Source: Escherichia phage JS98
Sequence record: NC_010105.1
Reading direction: 5' to 3' (one strand)
Length of the DNA stretch: 64,000 bases
A program made the translations under genes and the position numbers. Shown piece by piece: positions 6,365 through 15,451 of this stretch; the stretch's first letter is position 1, and each line of letters starts with the position of its first letter. Under the pieces are notes generated by a model, which was not told where the DNA came from, did not search any database, and saw only the letters and a list, made by a program, of their open reading frames with translations.

Positions 6365-6438
6365 TGGTGGCCCTGGGTGGAATCGAACCACCATCCAGCG
6401 ATTATGAGTCGCTCGCTTGACCGTCCAGCTACAGGGCC
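6365..6438 (-). tRNA. tRNA with CAU anticodon (elongator Met or lysidine-type Ile2)
   Basis: Perfect acceptor GGCCCTG/CAGGGCC, anticodon arm AGCGA-CTCATAA-TCGCT, T-arm GGTGG-TTCGATT-CCACC, encoded CCA. Lacks initiator features. Confidence 0.8.
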
Positions 6439-6443
6439 TTAAT

Positions 6444-6710
6444 TTAAATTACAAATCCAGCAGGAGCATTATCGTCTTTAGCCATGTGCTGAATTGTATG
6501 ATAAGTCATTTCTTCAGGAGCAACCAGATAAGCCGCAGCATTAACTAGTGGAATTATTTTTGGTTTAGCGAATGTGCTATCGGCAATTGCCATAAAGGGC
6601 TCGCCGTCGGTCTCAACTTCGCCAAATTGGCATTCATATGAAATAGAACAACGTTTAGTAGTTGTTGTCTTGGTTTCTGGGTCATAAAAAGCTAATTTTA
6701 ATACTAACAT
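6444..6710 (-). CDS. hypothetical protein (88 aa)
   Basis: The ORF-track start is a GTG. The ATG at 6710 has a GAGG SD 5 nt upstream. Confidence 0.55.
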   Translation of the reverse strand: MLVLKLAFYDPETKTTTTKRCSISYECQFGEVETDGEPFMAIADSTFAKPKIIPLVNAAAYLVAPEEMTYHTIQHMAKDDNAPAGFVI

Positions 6711-6839
6711 AAACACCTCAAATAAAATTAAGTAAAGTAAGTTTGATTAATAGACCTTGTCTATTATGAAAGGCTCTTTGAGGGAAGAACCTTTGGTAAT
6801 AGAGGGTATTAATGATAGAGTAATAATATCACATAATTC

Positions 6840-7325
6840 TTAAAGCATATCAAGTGCTTTCACATCAGGGATTTTAATTTCTTCTTCAATAATATACAGC
6901 TTAACGTAAGAAATTACACGGATGAAATCACCATCATATTCACAAGCCATACCAAGGAGCTCAGTAAGGGCTTCATTCAAGTAGTATTCTTCTTCGTCAT
7001 CGTTCAGCAAGGCTTCTAAGTCTTGGATACCGAGGACTTTATCTAAAAATTCAGGAGTCAATTGGCCTGATTTTACACCAGATTCAATGTGGGCAATAAC
7101 CAGATGCTTAACTACGTCCCATTCCGAATTACCACATTTATCCGGGTTGTTGCAATGAGAACCATGGAAAAGTTCTAGGATATATTTGTACTGTTGGATT
7201 TCATGTTCTTCTACGCCAAATACAGTCTGGGTTTTATAGTTATCGCCATCATTTTCCCAGGTTTCAATTTCAATTGCATAACCTTTAGGGATAATTTGTC
7301 CGAATTTAATATTCATTGTGGCCAC
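6840..7325 (-). CDS. hypothetical acidic protein (161 aa)
   Basis: ORF track. Overlaps and is coupled with the upstream gene. Confidence 0.6.
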   Translation of the reverse strand: MATMNIKFGQIIPKGYAIEIETWENDGDNYKTQTVFGVEEHEIQQYKYILELFHGSHCNNPDKCGNSEWDVVKHLVIAHIESGVKSGQLTPEFLDKVLGIQDLEALLNDDEEEYYLNEALTELLGMACEYDGDFIRVISYVKLYIIEEEIKIPDVKALDML

Positions 7326-7603
7326 ATATTAATGTAATCAAGTTTAATAGAAGCAATTTTCAAAGGATTTTTAAAGATGTCATATTCGACCAACCCATTT
7401 TCATTTGCCGTATAAAAAGTAAAGTTAACAGAATTATAGCGTTGGCTGTTAACTTTGAGTTTAACATCGCTTGAACTACGGCCAATATTAACCTGTTGAA
7501 CATCAAGCACAGCATCTTTGCCGTAATTTCGAATCAACAACTCAGCTGCAACCTGATCGGATTTATAGCCATTCTCTGGATTAGTAACCTTAACGTATAA
7601 CAT
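7313..7603 (-). CDS. hypothetical protein (96 aa)
   Basis: ORF track. Abuts the upstream gene stop. Confidence 0.55.
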   Translation of the reverse strand: MLYVKVTNPENGYKSDQVAAELLIRNYGKDAVLDVQQVNIGRSSSDVKLKVNSQRYNSVNFTFYTANENGLVEYDIFKNPLKIASIKLDYINMWPQ

Positions 7604-8005
7604 TTAACCCTCGTCTACAATAGTGTGGGTATTGGCATTAACAATCTGCCACCAGCCAAAACGATTAGAACCGTAAAGAGGCTTATTCTCGTTTTCTTTA
7701 ATGATATCGCGCAGTTCATCTTCAGAGAAGGCTTTAGCGATTAAATCAGTATACCCACCGCGTGGATAATAATTATCACCCGCAAACAAAAGGAAATTTA
7801 CCTTTCCGGAAGGAACATATGCTTCCTTAGGATACTTGTTTCCTGCGTGGTCGACAACTTCAATATAACGGTAAGGAATATCAGTACTTTCAACCCATTG
7901 CCATGCTGCTGCAGGGGATTCAAAAGCATCAACACCTAAACGATTATCTTCATCTTTAGACGGATTATTTTCGTAATCCGCATATACATAATATTCAACG
8001 TTCAT
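7604..8005 (-). CDS. hypothetical protein (133 aa)
   Basis: ORF track. The start overlaps the stop of the small membrane protein gene. Confidence 0.6.
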   Translation of the reverse strand: MNVEYYVYADYENNPSKDEDNRLGVDAFESPAAAWQWVESTDIPYRYIEVVDHAGNKYPKEAYVPSGKVNFLLFAGDNYYPRGGYTDLIAKAFSEDELRDIIKENENKPLYGSNRFGWWQIVNANTHTIVDEG

Positions 8006-8190
8006 TATTCACCTTTAGAGATTTTATCCATAACGAAAGAGATTGAACCAATTAAGAATGCCACTACTAAAGAGATTGTATTCTCGGAAGTTGTAAGCAA
8101 ATCCAACATGAATCCTGCAAACATACTAAAGCCAAAAGCAGTAACGGCGGTCAGTGCAGTAACATTTCTAATTAATTCACAACGTTTCAT
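8005..8190 (-). CDS. small 2-TM membrane protein (61 aa)
   Basis: Start set to ATG 8190 (GGAGAATAAA SD; the track start is a TTG). Two hydrophobic helices. Early promoter 8227-8256. Confidence 0.55.
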   Translation of the reverse strand: MKRCELIRNVTALTAVTAFGFSMFAGFMLDLLTTSENTISLVVAFLIGSISFVMDKISKGE

Positions 8191-8226
8191 TTTATTCTCC
8201 AATCACTCATTTGTTTTGATAGGGCT

Positions 8227-8256
8227 ATAGTATCATCAACTAAAGCCCGTTGTAAA
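8227..8256 (-). promoter_or_regulatory. T4-type early promoter (same cassette family)
   Basis: Minus strand GTTTACA-18 nt-TACTAT, then AGCCCTATCAAAACAAA. Confidence 0.6.
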
Positions 8257-8259
8257 CAA

Positions 8260-8553
8260 TTATTTTGTAATTTCTTTGATTTTAGAAACTACTTTATCTT
8301 TGGTAAGACCGGAAAAAGTCTTATATTTTGTAAAGTGGATATCATCACCAAGATTAATATAATATTTCTTTTTAACCGTATTGAATGCTATACTAACAGG
8401 TTTACCATTTACTGTAATAGTAATTTGCTGAGCCTTATCAACATCACCTGAGCCAAAGGCTCTTTTAATATCGCTACTAATATCGGCCATAGCCGCTTTG
8501 TTAATGGAATACAAATCTGTCGATTCTTTGATAAATTCTTGATAAGTTTTCAT
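8260..8553 (-). CDS. internal head protein candidate with capsid-targeting leader (97 aa)
   Basis: N-terminus MKTYQEFIKE is nearly identical to the T4 IP leader MKTYQEFIAE, with an I-x-E cleavage site. Confidence 0.7.
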   Translation of the reverse strand: MKTYQEFIKESTDLYSINKAAMADISSDIKRAFGSGDVDKAQQITITVNGKPVSIAFNTVKKKYYINLGDDIHFTKYKTFSGLTKDKVVSKIKEITK

Positions 8554-8592
8554 TTTTTGTTTCCGTTAGGTTGGGTTTGTTTTGATAGGGCT

Positions 8593-8620
8593 ATAGTATC
8601 ATGCCTATAGACCTTGTAAA
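8593..8620 (-). promoter_or_regulatory. T4-type early promoter (same cassette family)
   Basis: Minus strand GTTTACA-16 nt-TACTAT, then AGCCCTATCAAAACAAA. Confidence 0.65.
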
Positions 8621-8632
8621 CATCTTTTTAAA

Positions 8633-9516
<884 letters not shown>

Positions 9517-9524
<8 letters not shown>

Positions 9525-10278
9525 TTTTATTTCCTAATAATTTATCAATAGTAGTGTATAGTTCAGAAAGAGTGCCGTTATTTTCAACAACAACGTCACC
9601 AGGTAAAATTGGTAGACCCGCTTCAGTGATGTGCGAGTCTTGTACTTGACCGGTTTCAGCGCGAACTACATGAATAATCGTAGCACCCATCGCTCTGAGC
9701 GAATCAATTTCATGTGTTTGACGAACATCAGGTACGACATAGTATTTCGCATCAGAGTATATTTTATCAAAATAGTCTAAAGCGAACAACTTAACCCAAT
9801 ACATCTTATCAAATTGGTTAACAATAATATCAGTCCCAAGGGTCTGCATGAGACGACGTACTGACCAATTGTTATTTTTATTTATTACTTCAAATAGCTG
9901 GTCTTTTGTTTCTTCAGACAGATACTGGACCGGGGTAAGACCATAATGATATGCGGTAAGAACATCAATTCCTGGAATAGGAAGGATATTATTCAGTTTA
10001 ACAATAGCATGTTCAAAAATATCAACCACATCATATGGTTTTAAAGGAAGGATTTCTTCACGGTCGTAACCGATACCTTCAAAACAGTTAAAATCAAGTT
10101 TAGGCATATAACTACGGTCGAATACAGGGTCATCAGATATGTATTCATAAGCTTCAGCCAGATACTTTTTAATAGGACCAGCGAGTTGGAATTTTACGGA
10201 ATCCATATTCTCAATTACATAGTTAGCAACGGTATCCTTACCGCTACGTTTGATTCCTACAATTGATATTAGTTTCAT
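9517..10278 (-). CDS. 1: gp1 deoxynucleoside monophosphate kinase
   Basis: P-loop GIKRSGKDT. Synteny between 57A and 3. Confidence 0.85.
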
Positions 10279-10868
10279 TATTTTCTCATAGATGGATGCA
10301 TAGACATACGAGCCACACGTTGTTCGGCATACGAATCAATTTGTGGACGACCTGTAACTATTGTACCATCTATTTCTACAGCAAACGATTTGAAGTTGAA
10401 TGTTGCTGTAGCGATTATCGCAGGGTCGGAATCTTCTTTATAAGAGTACTGAATCTCGGAAAGGTCGGATGGCCAACCGCCGTAGTAATGAATGCTCATT
10501 ACGATTTTCTGTTTGTTGTTATCAAGAATGTGGAGGGTGATAGCCTCAGGCTGGCCTTTAGGATGCCAGGCTTCTGAATCATGGGTTACATAGTTGTTTA
10601 ATGACAGCATCCACTTATAAACGTCAAGCCATGATTTCAATTCACGGTCTACAAGAAAGTTCACAATCAACGGGTCGAATTCTACTGTAGAACCTGGCAT
10701 CTTAGCACGGTGTATGCCCTGGGTCGATCCTGGGACGTCTGAGACCGGAATATGGATACCAGGTAGTGTTACATCTTGCACGTTTAATTTGAATGCCTGC
10801 GTCATTCCTGCGTCACTAACCTCTAAGATAAAGTTGGTAGTGTTAGTTTGGTTAAATAAACCGTTCAT
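10278..10868 (-). CDS. 3: gp3 tail completion / sheath stabiliser
   Basis: From MNGLFNQTNTTNF... it aligns with T4 gp3 (LPGI.IPV, PGST.E.DPLIV.F). The ORF-track N-terminal extension overlapping gene 2 is discarded. Confidence 0.8.
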   Translation of the reverse strand: MNGLFNQTNTTNFILEVSDAGMTQAFKLNVQDVTLPGIHIPVSDVPGSTQGIHRAKMPGSTVEFDPLIVNFLVDRELKSWLDVYKWMLSLNNYVTHDSEAWHPKGQPEAITLHILDNNKQKIVMSIHYYGGWPSDLSEIQYSYKEDSDPAIIATATFNFKSFAVEIDGTIVTGRPQIDSYAEQRVARMSMHPSMRK

Positions 10869-10881
10869 ATGATTCCTATAT

Positions 10882-10907
10882 TGCTTAAGTCCTAGCCAGT
10901 GTATAAT
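10882..10907 (+). promoter_or_regulatory. MotA-box middle-type promoter pointing antisense into genes 2 and 4
   Basis: Plus strand TGCTTAA-13 nt-TATAAT, followed by GGTCCTAGG. The -10 region is identical to the uvsY promoter. Confidence 0.5.
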
Positions 10908-10953
10908 GGTCCTAGGTCTGTTCCATTCAATAACTGGCTGGGATAATAGATTA

Positions 10954-11781
10954 TTATGCGTTCTTCCATACTTTCTGAGCTGAGTAACGCTTACCTTTAG
11001 ATACAAATTGCTGAAGCGGAAGCATGACTACATTAGCCCAATCAGAAGGTTTTATCTCTACTAAAGGACCCTTGATATTTCCAGGGATATAAGCCTTAAT
11101 CATCACGTCAGCGCCAGCGAATCCTTTTACCTTACTCCAATCGATTTTTAATTTAGTCGAGTTCGTAATGGTAGGCGTACTCGCGTATTGCTTCAGCAAT
11201 TCTTCTAGAAATTGCTGGCGTGCTTTAGGCGGAATATAGTGTAAGTTCAACCCGTACATCAGATTATGCTTACCAAGCCCAAGATAAATGATTAAAGGAT
11301 ATTTGTCCCAGTAGGGTAATGTGTCCTTGTGTTTAGCATCATAGATATAAGCATAAAGCTTACCAGGAGATGGTTTAGATACCTGGTGTCCACGAATTCC
11401 TTTCTTTAATGTTTCTGTAAACCATTTAGCTGATTTATTGTTTACAGCAGCGCCTTCGTTAGCAATCTTATCACGAATACTCTTTCTAAAACTATTCACC
11501 AAAATTAATTGACGCTCAGCTTTGGTTAATTTATTGCCAGGTTTCTTCTGGAGTTTTTCGACCTGTACAGCAGTTTTAATTCGACTCGAGTATCGAGACA
11601 TCGCAGATGTAAAGCTAGAATACTTAATGCCTTTATCTTCAGCGAATTTCTTAGCCGAGACGCCTTTGGCCTTAGCTTTGGCATATTCAACACCTAAAGC
11701 TATCCATTGTTGCTCTGAACGAGTAGGCTTAGAACCTTTTGTGGTTTCAGTGGCCTCATTGATGTAGGAAAATATACTCAT
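10954..11781 (-). CDS. 2: gp2 DNA-end protector protein
   Basis: Synteny and size. Start set to ATG 11781 (ATGA overlap with the gene 4 stop). Confidence 0.8.
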   Translation of the reverse strand: MSIFSYINEATETTKGSKPTRSEQQWIALGVEYAKAKAKGVSAKKFAEDKGIKYSSFTSAMSRYSSRIKTAVQVEKLQKKPGNKLTKAERQLILVNSFRKSIRDKIANEGAAVNNKSAKWFTETLKKGIRGHQVSKPSPGKLYAYIYDAKHKDTLPYWDKYPLIIYLGLGKHNLMYGLNLHYIPPKARQQFLEELLKQYASTPTITNSTKLKIDWSKVKGFAGADVMIKAYIPGNIKGPLVEIKPSDWANVVMLPLQQFVSKGKRYSAQKVWKNA

Positions 11782-12227
11782 CCTTTCCATCCTAATTTTT
11801 TCAGTGAGTTTTCAGTTATCAATCTAAAATTGATTCCCATTTTATCTGCTGTAGCTTTAGCAGCTTTCCATTTATCTTTATTTACACTCCATGTATAATG
11901 TTCGTTGATATATCTCTTTTTAGCGGCTGTAGTCATTTTAGCAGGAGCCGCTGGAGGATGGGTTTCTTTAAAAGGTTTGACTTCAAAAAAGAATTGTTGG
12001 CCGTTATCAAACTTAACCCAGAAGTCCATAAAATATCGACGTTTCTTTCCATCAGCATTACTAAAATACGGAATAACTACCTCTTCAGAGTTCCATTGGA
12101 CTACGTTAGGATGATTGTCAAGCCAACGCATGAGCCATGCTTCCCATGAGGAACGATATTGGATTTTCTTCCAGTCACCTTTATATTTTTGTAAGTTGGT
12201 AGGTTTAAATTTCCCTGAGTAAGCCAT
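11778..12227 (-). CDS. 4: gp4 head completion protein
   Basis: Synteny (divergent from 53), size, and a TATAAATA promoter at 12254-12261. Confidence 0.8.
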   Translation of the reverse strand: MAYSGKFKPTNLQKYKGDWKKIQYRSSWEAWLMRWLDNHPNVVQWNSEEVVIPYFSNADGKKRRYFMDFWVKFDNGQQFFFEVKPFKETHPPAAPAKMTTAAKKRYINEHYTWSVNKDKWKAAKATADKMGINFRLITENSLKKLGWKG

Positions 12228-12238
12228 AGTTGCCTCCT

Positions 12239-12246
12239 TATAAATA
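12239..12246 (+). promoter_or_regulatory. late promoter TATAAATA (gene 53)
   Basis: Exact octamer 28 nt upstream of the ATG at 12274. Confidence 0.75.
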
Positions 12247-12253
12247 TTAATAT

Positions 12254-12261
12254 TATTTATA
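12254..12261 (-). promoter_or_regulatory. late promoter TATAAATA (gene 4)
   Basis: Exact octamer on the minus strand, 27 nt upstream of the ATG at 12227. Confidence 0.75.
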
Positions 12262-12273
12262 CTCGGAGGCCCT

Positions 12274-12876
12274 ATGCTCTTCTCATTTTTCGATCCTATC
12301 GATTACGAATCAAAAACAGTCAAGCCAGATTCCGGCTCATTAACAAATGCCGATGTATTGAGCGTGCCGATGACTGATATATTTAGAAATTATAAAGAAT
12401 ACTTTGATAGAGTGGCTAAAAATTATACACTAAAAACTTATTATATCAATGGAGCCCCGCGTCCGGAAGAATTAGCCCATCTTCTTTATGGCAATGTCCA
12501 ATTATATTGGGTTCTACTGATGTGTAATAATATATACGACCCGTATTATGGATGGATTACCGGCCAAGAAGCCGCCTACCAAGCAGCCATCCAAAGATAT
12601 TCTACTGCTGGTGGAAACCAGGTCCTTTACCATGTAAACGAAAAAGGCGAGAAATTCTGGAATCTTGTCAACACACCGGAAAATCCGTATACTTGGTATG
12701 ATAAAGGCGATACAGAAAAACGCTATCCTCAATACGAAGGCCCATTGGCCGCAGTAGATATTTACGAGGATGCTATTCGCAAAAATGAATATAAGCGCGA
12801 AATAAAAATTATAGACCCTAATGATATTGAGTCTTTTATTTCTGCTCTTATTCGTGAAATGGAGAAAGCCCTCTAA
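12274..12876 (+). CDS. 53: gp53 baseplate wedge protein
   Basis: Synteny immediately upstream of gene 5, size, and a late promoter at 12239-12246. Confidence 0.85.
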   Translation: MLFSFFDPIDYESKTVKPDSGSLTNADVLSVPMTDIFRNYKEYFDRVAKNYTLKTYYINGAPRPEELAHLLYGNVQLYWVLLMCNNIYDPYYGWITGQEAAYQAAIQRYSTAGGNQVLYHVNEKGEKFWNLVNTPENPYTWYDKGDTEKRYPQYEGPLAAVDIYEDAIRKNEYKREIKIIDPNDIESFISALIREMEKAL

Positions 12877-14618
12877 TGATTAACATGTCTGATAATTTAA
12901 GTTGGTTCGTCGGTGTAGTTGAAGACCGAATGGACCCACTCAAACAGGGCCGAGTACGCGTACGCGTCTGGGGTATGCATCCATATGAAAAAGTACAAGG
13001 TCCTGTAAAAGGCCTTCGTACAGAAGATTTACCATGGATGTCGGTATTAATGCCTACATCTTCTGCCTCTGTTTCAGGTATCCAAACCGCTATGACTGGT
13101 ATGGTCCCAGGTACACAAGTTTATGGCCATTTTCTTGATAAGTGGAAATTAAACGGGCTTGTCCTCGGCACATATGGTTCAGCTTCAAAACAAAAGGCAA
13201 ATCCAAACGAAGGTTTTAGTGACCCAACAGGACAGTATCCGCTTTATTTAGGTAATGATGCCGCTGCACTAAACCGAGGCGGTGAAGTTGGATATGATGC
13301 CACTTCTAACGTAATACAAGATGCAAACACTGATGTAGGTATTAATCCTGACGGTTTGGATTTAAGCCAAGTTAAGCCTGATGATAATCCTAATTTCACA
13401 ATAGAAAACATGCTTCATCGTGATGAGGGTCTTCGTCTGAAGGTATATTGGGATACCGAAGGATATCCTACCATAGGTATAGGTCACCTTATTACTCCAC
13501 AACCTATTAGAGATATGAATCAGATAAACAAAATATTATCTAATCAAATAGGTCGAGAAGTTAAAGGTAACCCTGGTGCAATATCAATGGACGAGGCTTC
13601 TAAGTTATTCCAAGAAGACCTTAAAAAAGTTCAAAACGATATAGGCCGGCATAGTGTTGTAGGTCCTGTTTACAATAAAGAAAACCGTTCAAGACAAATG
13701 GCTCTTGAAAACATGGCTTTCCAAATGGGTTTAGGTGGACTTGCTAAATTTAAAACGATGCTCGGTGCAATGTTAGTCGGAGATTATAAGAAAGCATTTG
13801 ATGCCGCTCGTGATTCTGTATGGTTTAACCAAACTAAAGGCCGTGCCTCAAGGGTATCAATGATTATCCTTACAGGTAATATGGAATCATACGGTATTAT
13901 GGCCCCTAAAGAAAGAGAATTTAATGGCCGTTCTTATAGGATGATTCAAACCTTTGCAGCCCCTACAAATTCTGACCCTGCCGACCCGTGGACTCCGGAA
14001 GATACAAGGATTCTTTTTAAAGAACCTGATTCTAGTTATAAAGGCGAATACCCATATGTCCAAACCATGCAAACTGAAGGCGGGCATATCCAAGAATTCG
14101 ATAACACCCCAGGGCAAGAACGTTACCGATTAATCCACCCTACAGGTAGTTATGAAGAAGTCGCTCCTGACGGACGTAAAACTTCTAAGACGGTAGCCGA
14201 CGGGTATTATATGACCCAAGGCGATTCTAATACTTATGTTGGTGGTAATAATAAAGTCAATATAGGTGGCGATGAAACCTATTATAATATGGCAAACGTT
14301 CGACGTCAAACTGACGGTTCTGAAAGCATCCATATTCGTGGTAATGAAACCAAAACGGTAGAAGGCGACGGGACCCTTATTGTTAAAGGAAATGTTACGG
14401 TTATTGTTGAAGGCAATGCTGATATAACTGTTAAAGGTGATGCAAAAACCTTAGTCGAAGGCAACCATGATTATACAGTAAATGGAAATGTTAAGTGGTC
14501 GGTAAACGGAAACGTCGATATGACTGTTGCCGGTAATTGGTCTGAAACTATGTCGACTATGAGTTCTATTGCGTCCGGTCAATATACTATTGATGGTTCG
14601 AGGATTGACATTGGCTAA
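12876..14618 (+). CDS. 5: gp5 baseplate hub / tail lysozyme / cell-puncturing device
   Basis: Near-identical blocks to T4 gp5: WFVGVVEDRMDPLK, lysozyme core EGLRLKVYWDTEGYPTIGIGHLI, C-terminal VxGxxxxx beta-helix repeats, and the end QYTIDGSRIDIG. Confidence 0.97.
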   Translation: MINMSDNLSWFVGVVEDRMDPLKQGRVRVRVWGMHPYEKVQGPVKGLRTEDLPWMSVLMPTSSASVSGIQTAMTGMVPGTQVYGHFLDKWKLNGLVLGTYGSASKQKANPNEGFSDPTGQYPLYLGNDAAALNRGGEVGYDATSNVIQDANTDVGINPDGLDLSQVKPDDNPNFTIENMLHRDEGLRLKVYWDTEGYPTIGIGHLITPQPIRDMNQINKILSNQIGREVKGNPGAISMDEASKLFQEDLKKVQNDIGRHSVVGPVYNKENRSRQMALENMAFQMGLGGLAKFKTMLGAMLVGDYKKAFDAARDSVWFNQTKGRASRVSMIILTGNMESYGIMAPKEREFNGRSYRMIQTFAAPTNSDPADPWTPEDTRILFKEPDSSYKGEYPYVQTMQTEGGHIQEFDNTPGQERYRLIHPTGSYEEVAPDGRKTSKTVADGYYMTQGDSNTYVGGNNKVNIGGDETYYNMANVRRQTDGSESIHIRGNETKTVEGDGTLIVKGNVTVIVEGNADITVKGDAKTLVEGNHDYTVNGNVKWSVNGNVDMTVAGNWSETMSTMSSIASGQYTIDGSRIDIG

Positions 14619-14652
14619 TATTTTACCTATGAGCACAGATTTAGGAGACTCC

Positions 14653-15150
14653 ATGGAAGGAGCCTCAATCGATGTTACGTTTACCGCTCAATTAGAAACA
14701 AACGAAACATTAGTTGAAATAAATATAACAGAATATGAGCCAACAGAAGGCATTATTGTCGATGGGGCTCGTTTATACGGAACCTATGAATCGGTATTCG
14801 GATTTTCTGAAGATGCGTTAAAATATCGATTAGGCGATGAATTTAAAACAGCAGGTTCATGGAAAGATTTACCAGAGGACAAGAGCACTCAATTATACCT
14901 CTGGAAAGCCCCTGGTAATCTTCAGAAGACTTTTTCCTATACCGTCACATTAATCTATGACTTTCAGGAAGAGTCATCAGGAGGTGATACAGGGAGCTCA
15001 GGAGGAAGTAATTCTAGAGCCGGTAACGAAACAGACCCTCCTCCAGCACCAGTAAGAAAAACTCTTACTAAGGTTTATACCAAGGTTATAGTGGGTAATT
15101 GGAGCAAATGGGCTAATCAACTCAGAGAATATGTATATGCGAGGCCATAA
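14653..15150 (+). CDS. 5.1: gp5.1-like protein
   Basis: Position between 5 and 5.4. Start set to ATG 14653 (AGGAG SD). Contains a Ser/Gly/Pro-rich linker. Confidence 0.55.
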   Translation: MEGASIDVTFTAQLETNETLVEINITEYEPTEGIIVDGARLYGTYESVFGFSEDALKYRLGDEFKTAGSWKDLPEDKSTQLYLWKAPGNLQKTFSYTVTLIYDFQEESSGGDTGSSGGSNSRAGNETDPPPAPVRKTLTKVYTKVIVGNWSKWANQLREYVYARP

Positions 15151-15443
15151 TGTCGGGCTTAAGTTATAACCAATGCGTAACAGCAGGTCATGAAGCATGG
15201 CCTCCTACAGTAATAAATGCCACCCAGGGTAAAGTATTTACAGGCGGTATTCCTGTATTAGTCGATGGGGACCCAATAACTCCTCATACAGAAATTAAAA
15301 AACCATATGAAACCCACGGTGGGGTAACCCAACCTAGAACATCAAAGGTATATGTTACAGGCAAAAAGGCTGTCCAAATGGCAGACCCTATTTCGTGCGG
15401 AGATACAGTCGCACAAGCCTCATCTAAAGTATTCATAAAATAG
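15150..15443 (+). CDS. 5.4: gp5.4 PAAR-repeat spike tip protein
   Basis: 97 aa. Position after 5.1 and small Gly/Pro/His-rich PAAR-like sequence (GHEAWPP, PHTE, CGD). Confidence 0.8.
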   Translation: MSGLSYNQCVTAGHEAWPPTVINATQGKVFTGGIPVLVDGDPITPHTEIKKPYETHGGVTQPRTSKVYVTGKKAVQMADPISCGDTVAQASSKVFIK

Positions 15444-15451
15444 GAATTAAA

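Noticed and set aside
10869-11006. 46-aa N-terminal extension of the gene 3 ORF (track start at 11006)
   Set aside because: The extension overlaps the end of gene 2 and has no counterpart in T4 gp3. Similarity to gp3 begins at MNGLFNQ (ATG 10868).
14569-14652. Upstream start for gene 5.1 overlapping the end of gene 5
   Set aside because: The first 28 codons overlap the gp5 C-terminus in another frame. The ATG at 14653 has a proper AGGAG SD.
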